Positions 1-10,098 of a stretch of DNA of 64,000 nucleotides are shown one piece after another (within the stretch, counting starts at the first letter, position 1; each line of letters opens with the position of its first letter). The position numbers and the translations under genes are program-made. The notes beneath the pieces were generated by a model. The model was not told the DNA's origin, searched no databases, and saw only the letters and a list, made by a program, of their open reading frames with translations. The stretch is from an uncultured Acinetobacter sp. (GTDB lineage: Bacteria > Cyanobacteriota > Vampirovibrionia > Gastranaerophilales > Gastranaerophilaceae), in contig ONVC01000001.1 of NCBI GenBank assembly GCA_900321205.1, positions 20,426 to 84,425 of the forward strand. The letters run 5' to 3'.

Positions 1-2
1 GT

Positions 3-881
3 GCTGAAATTACTATAAAGGCGCTTAATGAACTCAATATTCCGCCGAGAGATGTTATAATTATCTCTAATCCAAAAGTTCTTAACACTTATGGTCACAT
101 ACAGAATAACTACGAAGTTATTGATGTGGAATATTCTGCTATGGTTCGCCCCGGAGAGGTAACTCCTGACGCAGGAGATTTTTCTTTCAGGCTTTTGGAA
201 AAAGCTTGTGAGATACGACCAAAATTTATTGTAACCGCCCCTACTTCAAAAGAGGCAATGAATCTTGCAGGGCACAAATTTAGCGGACAAACAGAGGTTT
301 TGGAAAAATTCCTTGCGCATGACGGTCAGAAGGCTGAAATGCTTTTTGTGTCAAAAGATTTCCGCGTTTTGCTTTTGACTCGCCACATCCCACTGACAGA
401 TGTGAGTAAAACACTTACAAAACCTCTTATCATTGAGAAAATAGAACGCCTGAGAAGTTATTTCCAAAATTGTTTGTATATAAACAGACCGTCTTTTGCA
501 ATTTGTTCATTAAATCCTCACGCAGGTGAAAACGGTCTTATCGGAGACGAAGAAGAAAAAATTATGCTTCCGGCTGTTGAGGCAGTAAGAAACAGGGGTA
601 TAAATATTACAAATCCGCTGCCTGCCGATACTCTTTTTATAAGCGGTGTAAAAAACTATTTAAACGGAGAAAAAATGCCGTATGACTGTTATCTGGCTTG
701 TTATCACGACCAGGGTTTAATTCCTATAAAATCTGTTGCATCTGAAAAAACTGTTAATATGACAATAGGGCTTGATATTATAAGAACTTCTCCAAGTCAT
801 GGTACAGCGTTTGATATTGCAGGAAAAAATATAGCAAATCCTGAATCAATGATGGAAGCAATAAAGTATTGTTTGTATTAA
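3..881 (+). CDS. pdxA: 4-hydroxythreonine-4-phosphate dehydrogenase PdxA (5'-truncated by window edge)
   Basis: Frame is open from position 3 (AEITIKAL...). Motifs TAP.SKE, LNPHAGE.G..G.EE, P.PADT.F, YHDQGLIP.K, RTSPSHGTAFDIAGK. Confidence 0.93.
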   Translation, partial: AEITIKALNELNIPPRDVIIISNPKVLNTYGHIQNNYEVIDVEYSAMVRPGEVTPDAGDFSFRLLEKACEIRPKFIVTAPTSKEAMNLAGHKFSGQTEVLEKFLAHDGQKAEMLFVSKDFRVLLLTRHIPLTDVSKTLTKPLIIEKIERLRSYFQNCLYINRPSFAICSLNPHAGENGLIGDEEEKIMLPAVEAVRNRGINITNPLPADTLFISGVKNYLNGEKMPYDCYLACYHDQGLIPIKSVASEKTVNMTIGLDIIRTSPSHGTAFDIAGKNIANPESMMEAIKYCLY

Positions 882-910
882 AAAAGGTGAGAACATAAAT
901 CTCACCTTTT
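882..910. terminator. Bidirectional intrinsic terminator
   Basis: AAAAGGTGAGA-acataaa-TCTCACCTTTT hairpin between convergent genes. Confidence 0.8.
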
Positions 911-914
911 AATT

Positions 915-1199
915 CTATATTCTGTTTTCCCAGACTCCGCCGTGTCTGTCAACAACCGCATCATAGCAAGACCAAATTCTAAAAATACCTGTCAGACCTA
1001 AAATGGCGTGAGTAATATTCTTGTCATAAGGTTCTTCGTTAACAACTTGACCAAGCCCCGGCCAAACTATTAGAGATAAAGCTCCTGCGCAGACTGATTT
1101 TGCGCTTACTCTTCCGTTAACACCATGTGTCCCTGCAAAAGCCGGTGCTGTCATTGACAAAGTGCCTAAAACCATTAGTGATACTAATAATTTTTTCAT
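915..1199 (-). CDS. Small exported/membrane hypothetical protein
   Basis: Sec signal (MKKLL...APAFA), LSLIVWPGLGQ hydrophobic motif, RBS GGAGG. Confidence 0.75.
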   Translation of the reverse strand: MKKLLVSLMVLGTLSMTAPAFAGTHGVNGRVSAKSVCAGALSLIVWPGLGQVVNEEPYDKNITHAILGLTGIFRIWSCYDAVVDRHGGVWENRI

Positions 1200-1252
1200 A
1201 CTTCCCTCCTTTTTATATTTAGCACTTAAAAATTTATCTCTTATTTACCCCT

Positions 1253-2308
1253 TTATCCCTTAAAAGCTTCTGATATCGATTTGTTATAATCCGGTCTCAG
1301 AATCCCTTTTTCTGTAATAATACCTGAAATAAGTTCGTGCGGTGTTACGTCAAATCCCGGGTTAATAATATTTACACCTTCTGCGCAAATACGTTTTCCG
1401 TTTATGTGCGTGACTTCTTCGTGAGAGCGTTCTTCTATCGGAATTTCTTTCCCTGATGCAATTGATGTATCAATTGTTGATAAAGGTGCTGCAATGTAGA
1501 AAGGAATATTATGATATTTTGCTGCTATTGCAACTGTGTATGTTCCGATTTTATTAGCAGTATCACCATTTGCTGCAATTCTGTCAGCCCCTACAACAAC
1601 CATATCTATCATCCCTTTGCTCATAAAGTATGAACACATTCCGTCTGTAATTAGTGTTACCGGGATTCCATCCATTGCTAGCTCAAATGTTGTTATTCTT
1701 GCGCCCTGCTGACGGGGTCTTGTTTCATCTGCAAAAACCTGAATGGTATTATCTTTTGCAAATGCCGAACGAACAACTCCTAATGCTGTTCCGTATCCTA
1801 CTGTTGCTAAAGCTCCTGCGTTACAGTGTGTTAAAATTGTTGCACCTTTTGGGACAACTTCTGCCCCATAGTCACCAATTTTTTTATTAATTTCAATATC
1901 TTCATTTTCCAGTTTGATAGCATTTTGTTTGAGTTCTTCAATAAGTCCGTTGATATCAGATTTTGAGTTTTTAATAATCTCAATTTGTTTTTCACACGCC
2001 CACATAAGGTTTACGGCAGTCGGACGGGAAGTCTTCATATATTCAGCTTTATCAATGAGCCAGATTTTGAAATCCTCTGTGTTTGAAAATTTATCTCTGC
2101 CTTCCTGAGCAAAGAGAACAACTCCGTGAGCGCCGGCTATACCAATTGCCGGAGCTCCTCTTACAATCATATCTCTGATTGCGTGAAACATGTTCTCACC
2201 TGTTGTAATATTTACAAACTTGTATTCATAAGGTATAACCGTTTGGTCAACCATTTTAGAATAATTATCTACCCATTCTATTGTTTTAATTTTTGATTTG
2301 AATTCCAT
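1253..2308 (-). CDS. mtnA: S-methyl-5-thioribose-1-phosphate isomerase
   Basis: MIVRGAPAIG, RPTAVNL, THCNAGALAT, ETRP..QGAR, GADRIAANGDTANKIGTY motifs. Confidence 0.95.
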   Translation of the reverse strand: MEFKSKIKTIEWVDNYSKMVDQTVIPYEYKFVNITTGENMFHAIRDMIVRGAPAIGIAGAHGVVLFAQEGRDKFSNTEDFKIWLIDKAEYMKTSRPTAVNLMWACEKQIEIIKNSKSDINGLIEELKQNAIKLENEDIEINKKIGDYGAEVVPKGATILTHCNAGALATVGYGTALGVVRSAFAKDNTIQVFADETRPRQQGARITTFELAMDGIPVTLITDGMCSYFMSKGMIDMVVVGADRIAANGDTANKIGTYTVAIAAKYHNIPFYIAAPLSTIDTSIASGKEIPIEERSHEEVTHINGKRICAEGVNIINPGFDVTPHELISGIITEKGILRPDYNKSISEAFKG

Positions 2309-2330
2309 TATTTACCCCTACTATTTACCC

Positions 2331-2816
2331 CTATTTTATTTCAAAATCTATACTGTTATTTTGCCCGTTTTCTTTTTTCTCGCCTGTAATAAGTTCATAT
2401 ATCCAGGCAGTTACAAGCCCTGTAAAACCGTTAAATAATGCACTGATTCCTGCCATTAAAATCATAAGCAGAAACATAACAATCAGTGAACCAAAACTGT
2501 TTAAGAAAAATCTTAAAAAACCCTGTGTATATGAAGGAATAAGCCAGCCTAAGAGCATGCTTACAGGTGTATATACAACTGAAAAAGCCATAAACGAAAC
2601 AAACCCTATTACAGCTCCGTATATGCACCCTTCTCTTGTGTTAATTATGCCGATAAGGTCATTTTTTTTAAGATAAACAAGAATGATAGCCGATAAAAAC
2701 AGGAAAAGAGTCATAAAACTTAAAAAACTAACGTATGGAATTATTGTTATAAGTCCGAATACGACTCCGGCAAAAGCACTTAATATCGCAAGCTGTTTTA
2801 ATATAATTAAGTTCAT
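2331..2816 (-). CDS. Integral membrane hypothetical protein (about 4 TM helices)
   Basis: Long hydrophobic segments, RBS AGGAG, in line with leuC and mtnA. Confidence 0.75.
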   Translation of the reverse strand: MNLIILKQLAILSAFAGVVFGLITIIPYVSFLSFMTLFLFLSAIILVYLKKNDLIGIINTREGCIYGAVIGFVSFMAFSVVYTPVSMLLGWLIPSYTQGFLRFFLNSFGSLIVMFLLMILMAGISALFNGFTGLVTAWIYELITGEKKENGQNNSIDFEIK

Positions 2817-2836
2817 AAAATCTCCTTATTTTAACC

Positions 2837-4084
2837 CTATTCGGCAGATATATATCCCCTGAGAGCTGTATATGCCGCAACGTACGGTGAAGCAAGATAG
2901 ATAAATCCTTTTGTATTACCCATTCTGCCCTGGAAGTTTCTGTTTTGGGTTGCAAGACAAACTTCTCCGTCACCTAAAATACCGGCATGGACTCCTACAC
3001 AAGGACCGCAGCCCGGAGGAAGTATTGATGCGTTTGAGTCAACAAAAATATCTATCAAGCCTTCTTTTAAAGCCTGCTTATAAACGTCTTTTGAAGCAGG
3101 GCATATTAACATTCTGACATCTTCATGTACCTTTTTGCCTTCTAAAATTTTTGCGACAACTCTTAAATCCTCAATTCTGCCGTTAGTACATGTTCCTACG
3201 TAAACCTGATTTACTTTTACATGTCCGAGTTCATTTACCCCTTTTGTGTTATCTACTGTGTGAGGACATGAAACCGTGTGCGGAACATCTTCTGCATTAA
3301 TCTCAATTATTCTTTCGTACTCTGCATCAGGGTCAGGAAGAATTTGTCTGAACTTGTCACCTCTGCCGCGTTCTTCCAGGAATGCTTTTGTCTTTTCATC
3401 AGCAATAAACAGTCCGCACTTTGCACCTGCTTCAACAGCCATATTTGCTAACGTAAAGCGTTCGGACATTGTCATATTGTCAATTGTATCACCCGTAAAT
3501 TCAAGAGCTTTATAGGTTGCACCGTCAGCACCTATCATACCGATAAGATGAAGCATTAAATCCTTTGCATAAATACCTTCTCTTAATTTACCCTTTACCA
3601 CAATTTTGAATGTAGCCGGGACTTTTAACCATGTTTTACCGAGTGCCATACCGACTGCTATATCAGTAGAGCCCATACCTGTTGCAAAAGCTCCCAAAGC
3701 TCCTGATGTGCAGGTATGTGAATCTGCACCGATAAGAATTTCACCGGGGTTAACAAAAGTTTCAACCAGTCTTTGATGGCAAACACCTGCGCCTGTATCG
3801 GAAAGAACAGCGCCATATTCTTTATGAAAGTCCCTTAATACCATATGTGTATTAGAAAGTTCTTTTCTTGGGCTGGGAGATGCGTGGTCAATAAAAAGAA
3901 TTGTACGCTCAGGATTATTAAGCTTGTTTTTCCCGAGTTTTTTGAATTCCTGAACGGTAAGCGGTCCGGTACCGTCCTGAACTGCAGTAACATCAACGTG
4001 CGATATAACAAGTTCTCCTGCATGTACAGTTTTTCCGGCATGCTCAGATATTATTTTTTCAACCAAAGTTAGTCCCATAACCAT
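2837..4084 (-). CDS. leuC: 3-isopropylmalate dehydratase/homoaconitase large subunit (aconitase family)
   Basis: GVCHQ, GADSHTCT.GA.GAFATGMG, GTCTNGRIEDL, PGCGPC.G, NRNFQGRMG motifs. Confidence 0.88.
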   Translation of the reverse strand: MVMGLTLVEKIISEHAGKTVHAGELVISHVDVTAVQDGTGPLTVQEFKKLGKNKLNNPERTILFIDHASPSPRKELSNTHMVLRDFHKEYGAVLSDTGAGVCHQRLVETFVNPGEILIGADSHTCTSGALGAFATGMGSTDIAVGMALGKTWLKVPATFKIVVKGKLREGIYAKDLMLHLIGMIGADGATYKALEFTGDTIDNMTMSERFTLANMAVEAGAKCGLFIADEKTKAFLEERGRGDKFRQILPDPDAEYERIIEINAEDVPHTVSCPHTVDNTKGVNELGHVKVNQVYVGTCTNGRIEDLRVVAKILEGKKVHEDVRMLICPASKDVYKQALKEGLIDIFVDSNASILPPGCGPCVGVHAGILGDGEVCLATQNRNFQGRMGNTKGFIYLASPYVAAYTALRGYISAE

Positions 4085-4186
4085 CTCCTTATTAACAATC
4101 TTAATTTTACCATAAATTTATTCTGTTAGTAGTATATGTGAAGAGAATTTTCATGGTAAAATTTGTTTATAAATCGGGATATTAAA

Positions 4187-5428
4187 ATGACTAATCCATT
4201 AAAATATACTTGTTTGTTCGGCGGCGGTGCAATAAGAGGGCTTGCATACGCAGGTGCAATTCGTGCCATGGAGGAACTGGGGGTTGAATATGATATAATT
4301 GGCGGTTCTTCTGTTGGTTCAATAATAGCGGCTTTGGTAGCAGTCGGATATAAATCTTATGAAATCGAAAACTTTTTCATGAAAGTTAATTTTGAACTGT
4401 TCAGGGATATTCACTTTGGTATAGGACAACCTTTTGCTTTATCTAAGGGTGAAATTTTTACGGAGTGGATTAATGAGCTTTTAAAAAATAAAGCTGAACA
4501 ATGTATGGGTAAGTATGTAACGTTTAGAGATATAAAACAAAAGTTGATAATAATTTCAACAGATTTAAAACAATTTTCTCCTCAGGAGTTCTCAAAAGAA
4601 AAAACGCCGGATTTTGAAGTTGCCCGTGCAATAAAAATATCATCAAGTATGCCGGGATTGATGGCTCCGTTCACATATGAGGATAAAGAACTTGTTGACG
4701 GAGATTTGCAAAAAGCATCTCCGATGTGGAGATTATCAGAGGCGTTTAACTCATCTGAAAGCAGAATCCTGGAATATCGTCTTGAAGGTGATTATAACAA
4801 AGATGAAAAAAACCCGATATCGTTTATTAATACAATATACAGTTGTATAACCGATGTTGCAACGGATTTTGTAAGTGAAATATATGGTGCAAATGACAGA
4901 TACGACTGTATAACAATAAACACGGGTGATGTTTTCTTTGCTGATTTTAATCTTGATAAAGAATCTCGCAGAAAACTGATAAATCTTGGGTATGAGCAAA
5001 CAATGAGTTATTTTGCAGATAAACTTCCAGAAAAAAAATCAAAACTGACCGGGATTTATTCTAAAATATCTAAGTATTTAAAAAATGCCAAAAAAGGTCT
5101 GAAATCCAAAAACGTAGAAGAAACTCAATGGTGGATAGGTGATATATTCATAGAACTTTGTGAAAATAAAGAAATTGTTGACCCGGTAATTTATTCAAAA
5201 ATAGTTGATTTAAAAAATGAAATCAGTAATAATATATCAAATGTTTTGTTCTTTTATACTTCGTTTAAAAACCAAAAACAGCTTGAAGAGATGTTTGATG
5301 AGCTAATAGTAACTATTGATACCAGAATTGCCGAATCGGTTATGTATGTAAACAAAATTAAACCGGCAGAAATTACTGATGATATCTTAGAAGAACTGGC
5401 GGAAGAAACGTCTGAAAGCCAAGAATAA
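4187..5428 (+). CDS. Patatin-like phospholipase with C-terminal helical extension
   Basis: GGGAIRG oxyanion loop, GSSVG nucleophile, DGD catalytic Asp. ATG at 4187 preferred over TTG at 4163. Confidence 0.85.
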   Translation: MTNPLKYTCLFGGGAIRGLAYAGAIRAMEELGVEYDIIGGSSVGSIIAALVAVGYKSYEIENFFMKVNFELFRDIHFGIGQPFALSKGEIFTEWINELLKNKAEQCMGKYVTFRDIKQKLIIISTDLKQFSPQEFSKEKTPDFEVARAIKISSSMPGLMAPFTYEDKELVDGDLQKASPMWRLSEAFNSSESRILEYRLEGDYNKDEKNPISFINTIYSCITDVATDFVSEIYGANDRYDCITINTGDVFFADFNLDKESRRKLINLGYEQTMSYFADKLPEKKSKLTGIYSKISKYLKNAKKGLKSKNVEETQWWIGDIFIELCENKEIVDPVIYSKIVDLKNEISNNISNVLFFYTSFKNQKQLEEMFDELIVTIDTRIAESVMYVNKIKPAEITDDILEELAEETSESQE

Positions 5429-5460
5429 AAGGTAAAAAGACAGAAAATATATTAGTTGAG

Positions 5461-5478
5461 AATGTAAAGTTTTGTAAA
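5461..5478 (-). promoter_or_regulatory. HLR1-like tandem repeat (OmpR/RpaB-type site) upstream of the sigma factor
   Basis: Minus strand reads TTTACAAA-AC-TTTACATT, matching (G/T)TTACA(T/A)(T/A)-N2-(G/T)TTACA(T/A)(T/A). Confidence 0.55.
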
Positions 5479-5526
5479 AAATTCTCAAAAAACGGGTATT
5501 TTTTGTAATAAAACTTAATAAATCTA

Positions 5527-5555
5527 TTGATTTTTATATATACTTAATATATCAT
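5527..5555 (+). promoter_or_regulatory. Putative sigma-70-type promoter of the sigma factor gene
   Basis: TTGATT-N17-TATCAT. Confidence 0.5.
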
Positions 5556-5683
5556 AAGTATATAAGGATTGTGTTTCGTTTACCCCAAAATCCTGAACTG
5601 TATGAAAGATTATCCAACTGTTGAAAAGCGGTTGTACAAAAAAGTAAATGAAGGTTATCCACATTTACCCCAGGAGTTTAAGT

Positions 5684-6583
5684 ATGAAAGAACAAATTAT
5701 CAGAGTTAAAAATGCAGGAACATCAAACCCGTTTAGAGAAGATTATGTATCAGCACCCTGCGCTGACAATGAGTACAACGCTTACTACAGAAAAGCTAAC
5801 AGCTATCCGAATCTTAGTGCAGAAGAAGAAAAGATTATAGCAACAAGAGCACAACAGGGTGATGACAAAGCTAAGAAAATTTTGGTTCAGTCAAACTTAA
5901 AACTTGTTTTAACTGTTGCAAGAAAAGCAATTCATGTTTCAAAACTGCCTTTAATAGATTTGATTCAGGAAGGAAATTTAGGATTAATGGTAGCTGTTGA
6001 AAAATTTAATCCTACTCTCGGATACAGATTTTCTACTTATGCAACCTGGTGGATTAAACAAGCTATGTTTAAGGCAATATCCGAACAGGCTCACTGCATG
6101 AAGATTCCTGTTTATGTTCAGGAAACATTATCAAAATTTTCAAAAATAAAAGCTGAAATGGAAAAAGCATATAATAAAACCGTTTCTACAAAAGATGTTG
6201 CTGAAAAAATGAATATAGAACCCGAAAAAATTAATTCATTTTTATCAGCATACTCTTCAACAATATCTATTGAAGGAAGTTATGACGGAAAAGACGGAAG
6301 TGAAATGTCTGTAGCAGAAGTTGTTGCTGATGAAAAAGCAACAGTCGAAGAAAACATAGAATATGAAGAACTTAAAAAAGACTTACGTCAGGTAATGTCA
6401 GTTCTTAAAGACAGAGAACAAACAGTTTTGAAAATGAGATTCGGACTTGAAAATTTTACAAAAACAACGCTTGAAGATATCGGTAAAATGTTTGGTGTTA
6501 CAAAAGAATGTATCAGACAAACCGAAATGAGAGCATTGAATAAATTGAAAGCAAATATGGCATCTTCTTGCTATTCGGTTTAA
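5684..6583 (+). CDS. Sigma-70 family RNA polymerase sigma factor, RpoD/RpoS-like but non-primary (no region 1.1)
   Basis: SNLKLV, DLIQEGNLGL..AVEKF.P..GYRFSTYATWWIKQA, region 4 TLEDIG..FGVTKE.IRQ.E.RAL. RBS AGGAG precedes ATG 5684. Confidence 0.9.
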   Translation: MKEQIIRVKNAGTSNPFREDYVSAPCADNEYNAYYRKANSYPNLSAEEEKIIATRAQQGDDKAKKILVQSNLKLVLTVARKAIHVSKLPLIDLIQEGNLGLMVAVEKFNPTLGYRFSTYATWWIKQAMFKAISEQAHCMKIPVYVQETLSKFSKIKAEMEKAYNKTVSTKDVAEKMNIEPEKINSFLSAYSSTISIEGSYDGKDGSEMSVAEVVADEKATVEENIEYEELKKDLRQVMSVLKDREQTVLKMRFGLENFTKTTLEDIGKMFGVTKECIRQTEMRALNKLKANMASSCYSV

Positions 6584-6611
6584 ATAACAGAATAAAGTCA
6601 AAGACATACTA

Positions 6612-7298
6612 CTAATCAAATAAATAGGGCAAAACAGGTATCGGAACAAGTCTAGAATAGAAAGAATACTCTAAAAAACTTTCAGGCAGAGGATTCCAAA
6701 AACGATAAATGATTTTGCCTTTCTTTTTTAAATCTTTTACAAGATTGTCGGCCAGAGTTGTTGTTTCCGCAAGGTAGGGATAAACGTACGGAATTGAGTT
6801 GGTATCAATGTTCAGCAGATTAGATTCGCCGTATTTTTTATGCAGTTCCAAAAAGTTTTCAATCCTAAGGTTTATATCTTTTTGGTGTGACAACAGGTGA
6901 TTTTGTTTTATTGAAGTTTCTTCTGACAACCAGAGCCGAGACTCTCTGAAACCGAATTTATGACCGGCATTAAAACACGCAAAACCGCAGGGTTCATCAA
7001 AATATGCGTGAGCATTATCCACAATTAACTTAGGATAAATCCCGGCAAGTTTTTTTACGTTTTTGCCGTTTACTCCCCAATAGTTCGGATACAGAATAAA
7101 ATCTTCTTTCGGAAAATCTTTTATCGGGAAAAAGTTTTTATCAATATGATAAAAAATAGGTTTGCATCCTTCCTGAAAAAGTGTATGCCGAATAACATCA
7201 CATAAATAATAAGGAATATGCATTTTAGTTATATTGTATTTTTTTACAATGTATTTTAGTGCATCCCGTCCAAGGTCAAAGTTTAAACATTCATACAT
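6612..7298 (-). CDS. Degenerate DegT/PLP-dependent transferase-fold protein
   Basis: GRDAL, HIPYYLC, YPNYWG, LIVDNAHAYF motifs. Start moved to ATG 7298 to avoid overlap with the divergent gene. Confidence 0.6.
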   Translation of the reverse strand: MYECLNFDLGRDALKYIVKKYNITKMHIPYYLCDVIRHTLFQEGCKPIFYHIDKNFFPIKDFPKEDFILYPNYWGVNGKNVKKLAGIYPKLIVDNAHAYFDEPCGFACFNAGHKFGFRESRLWLSEETSIKQNHLLSHQKDINLRIENFLELHKKYGESNLLNIDTNSIPYVYPYLAETTTLADNLVKDLKKKGKIIYRFWNPLPESFLEYSFYSRLVPIPVLPYLFD

Positions 7299-7346
7299 AA
7301 TAAAATTATACAGGCAAAAAAAATTATTACGATTTTTATAAAAAGT

Positions 7347-8057
7347 ATGAATATTCAGCGAATAACAAATTTTACCACATTCAAAAGTTCTTATCAGGAT
7401 TCGGGATATGATGACCCGTTCTTTCAGTCTGTAAGGAATGCTATCAGAAAGCATTATGCTAAGTGGCATATGCCTCAGCAGGATATTTTTGAAAAAGAAC
7501 ACAAATTAACAGACTACGAGATTTTGCACATCATAAACAATCTGGAAAAATACCATGAAATGCAAAAAATCGAGGGTACAAATATATACCGGGGTCAAAC
7601 CCTTGTTGACAAAACCGATTGTTTGCAAGCTCTGAGCGCAAAGGGTATCAAAACGGTAATTGATTTGGTAGATTATGGTGATTCTTACAAACAGGCTATC
7701 AAGAAAGCCGGCATGGATTATTTTGCATATAATATTTATTCTAACTGGTGGGATTTATCGTATCTCGAAACACCGAAAATGCCTAAACTTATAGAGTTTT
7801 TAAAAAAGATGCAGGAAGATAATATTTATATAGGCTGCCAGCACGGTTCAAACGATACGGATGTTGCGTTTATACTAAACGAATTTTTTAATCCGAAACT
7901 CGAAGGTAAGGCAAAAACAAAAATACCGCCAAATGATTCGGATTTTCCGTTAAAACTCAATTTAATTTATGATGCATTAAAACCGGAAGATAAGAAACTT
8001 CTCGGCTGGACAAAAGAGTTTGAGCAAAGACTGGTTAAAAAATTGATTTCAATATAA
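7347..8057 (+). CDS. Protein tyrosine/dual-specificity phosphatase-fold protein with altered P-loop
   Basis: IYRGQ, GIKTVIDL, IYIGCQHGSNDT (CX5D instead of CX5R). Confidence 0.6.
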   Translation: MNIQRITNFTTFKSSYQDSGYDDPFFQSVRNAIRKHYAKWHMPQQDIFEKEHKLTDYEILHIINNLEKYHEMQKIEGTNIYRGQTLVDKTDCLQALSAKGIKTVIDLVDYGDSYKQAIKKAGMDYFAYNIYSNWWDLSYLETPKMPKLIEFLKKMQEDNIYIGCQHGSNDTDVAFILNEFFNPKLEGKAKTKIPPNDSDFPLKLNLIYDALKPEDKKLLGWTKEFEQRLVKKLISI

Positions 8058-8087
8058 AAAAAGAACTCCGAAAGGGAGTTCTTTTTT
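8056..8087. terminator. Bidirectional intrinsic terminator
   Basis: AAAAAAGAACTCC-gaaag-GGAGTTCTTTTTT. Confidence 0.85.
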
Positions 8088-8105
8088 CTTTGAAAAAATT
8101 ATTTA

Positions 8106-8969
8106 CTAGCCTTTAAGCTGGCTCATAACTTCATCAGCAAAGTTTTCGTTTTTCTTTTCAAGACCTTCACCAAGAACGAATCTGTCAAATTTAACGATAT
8201 TTAATTTGCCTGCAATAAGCTGTTCAATTGTTTGATCCATATTTTTGATGAACTGTTGTTCAACAAGACATCTTTGAGCCATTAACTTATTAACACGTCC
8301 TTCAACAATCTTAGCTCTGATTTGTTCAGGTTTGTTTTGGATATCTTCTTTACCCATTTCAATTCTTGTTTCTTCTTCAATTACAGAAGCAGGAATATCT
8401 GCTCTGGAAATGAATTCAGGAGCAGAAGCAGCGATGTGCAAGCAAAGGTCTTTGCTCAAAACTTCGTCTTTTACATCTGTTAAAAGAAGAACACCGATTT
8501 TACCGTTGTGAATATAAGAAGCAGTATTTCCTTCGTATCTTACAAATCTTCTTACAGTGATTTTTTCACCGATAGAAGCAATTTTTTCTTTGATAACATC
8601 AGCAACTAATTTACCGCATTTTGGGCAGGTTGTGTTCAATAAAGCATCAACATCAGCAGGATTTGAGTTAGCAACAAGTTCTGCCAAGCCTTCTGTAAGT
8701 TCTACAAATTCAGCGTTCTTAGCAACGAAGTCTGTTTCGCAGTTAACTTCAACCATAGCACCGATACCGTCAGCAATGTAAGAAGCAATTCTGCCTTCAG
8801 CAGCGATTCTGCTCATTTTCTTATCAGCAGATAATATACCTTTTTGGCGAAGAACTTCCATAGCTTTTTCCATATCGCCGTCAACTTCAACTAAAGCTTT
8901 TTTAGCGTCCATCATACCTGCGCCGGTTTTATCACGAAGTTCTTTAACCATTGTAGCTGTAATATTCAT
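8106..8969 (-). CDS. tsf: Elongation factor Ts
   Basis: VKELRDKTGAGMMDAKKAL, EVNCETDFVAKN. Downstream of rpsB. Confidence 0.97.
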   Translation of the reverse strand: MNITATMVKELRDKTGAGMMDAKKALVEVDGDMEKAMEVLRQKGILSADKKMSRIAAEGRIASYIADGIGAMVEVNCETDFVAKNAEFVELTEGLAELVANSNPADVDALLNTTCPKCGKLVADVIKEKIASIGEKITVRRFVRYEGNTASYIHNGKIGVLLLTDVKDEVLSKDLCLHIAASAPEFISRADIPASVIEEETRIEMGKEDIQNKPEQIRAKIVEGRVNKLMAQRCLVEQQFIKNMDQTIEQLIAGKLNIVKFDRFVLGEGLEKKNENFADEVMSQLKG

Positions 8970-9062
8970 TTATTTTCTCCTTATTTATGCGTGGAGGGGG
9001 AATTAATTCCCCCTAATCACATTTATTTTTACATTGATATGAGATAAATTTAAGATTTACCC

Positions 9063-9824
9063 CTATACATTAGCAGTTTCTTCAACGCCTGCATCTGCAG
9101 CCGTAATTGCTTCTGCTTTGTTTCCTGCTGCTTTGTTTTCTCTGAGTTGTTTACCTTCAAGAACTGCATCAGCAAGTTTAGAAGTGATTAACTTGATAGA
9201 ACGGATAGCGTCATCATTACCCGGAATGATGTAGTTGATTCCGTCAGGGTTAGCATTTGTATCTGCTAAGCAAATGACAGGAATACCTAATTTGTTAGCT
9301 TCTGCAATAGCGATATCTTCTTTTGCCTGGTCTACAACGAAGATAATATCAGGTAAACCGCGCATTTCTTTAATACCGCCTAATGTCTTGCTTAATTTTG
9401 CTAATTGTCTGTTAAGTTGAGCCTGTTCTTTTTTCGGTAATTTTTCAGCGTGACCTGAAGAAATAAAATCTTCAAGTTCTCTAAGTTTGTTAACTCTGCC
9501 TCTTATTGTTTCAAAGTTAGTTAACATACCGCCTAACCATCTTCTGTTGATATAATAAGCACCTGATCTTGCAGCTTCTTCTGCAACAACTTCAGCAGCC
9601 TGTTTTTTAGTTCCAACAAAAAGAACATTTCTGCCTTTTGCAGCGTATTCTCTAACTGCTTCATATGCAGCGTCTAATAAACCTGTAGTTTTTCTAAGGT
9701 CAAGAATATAAATACCATTTCTTGCTCCGTAGATATACGGTTTCATTTTTGGGTTCCAGTGTTGTGTTTGGTGTCCGAAGTGAACGCCGGCTTCGAGTAA
9801 TTCGATAAGTGATGCTGTTGACAT
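9063..9824 (-). CDS. rpsB: 30S ribosomal protein S2
   Basis: [37 protein letters not shown]. Start at ATG 9824 with RBS AGGAG. Confidence 0.97.
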   Translation of the reverse strand: MSTASLIELLEAGVHFGHQTQHWNPKMKPYIYGARNGIYILDLRKTTGLLDAAYEAVREYAAKGRNVLFVGTKKQAAEVVAEEAARSGAYYINRRWLGGMLTNFETIRGRVNKLRELEDFISSGHAEKLPKKEQAQLNRQLAKLSKTLGGIKEMRGLPDIIFVVDQAKEDIAIAEANKLGIPVICLADTNANPDGINYIIPGNDDAIRSIKLITSKLADAVLEGKQLRENKAAGNKAEAITAADAGVEETANV

Positions 9825-10098
9825 CTTTTGTCTCCTTTTTTTAATGTGTTTTACTACGGGAATTATAACTCCATCGGGCACAATATAAGTTAATATGCTA
9901 TTTACCGGCTTATATTGATTTTGGGAAAGGATTATATTTACCCCTTTACCAACCGACTAGGGCGAACCTATCGAGCTATAAAACCAATAAAATCGTATTA
10001 TAAAGATAACCAAAAGTAAAGAGGGGGTAAATATTCAGGGGTAAATATTTATCCCTAAATATTTAGGGTTTAATAACTTTTTGTTATAAAATACAAGT

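Noticed and set aside
4187-5428. CBASS CapV-type defence effector
   Set aside because: No CD-NTase or other defence genes nearby, and the context is housekeeping.
7299-7502. Long N-terminal extensions in the ORF track (also 28432, 9881, 34953, 60385, 61687)
   Set aside because: They overlap neighbouring genes, terminators or promoters. Downstream ATGs have better RBS or match family N-termini.
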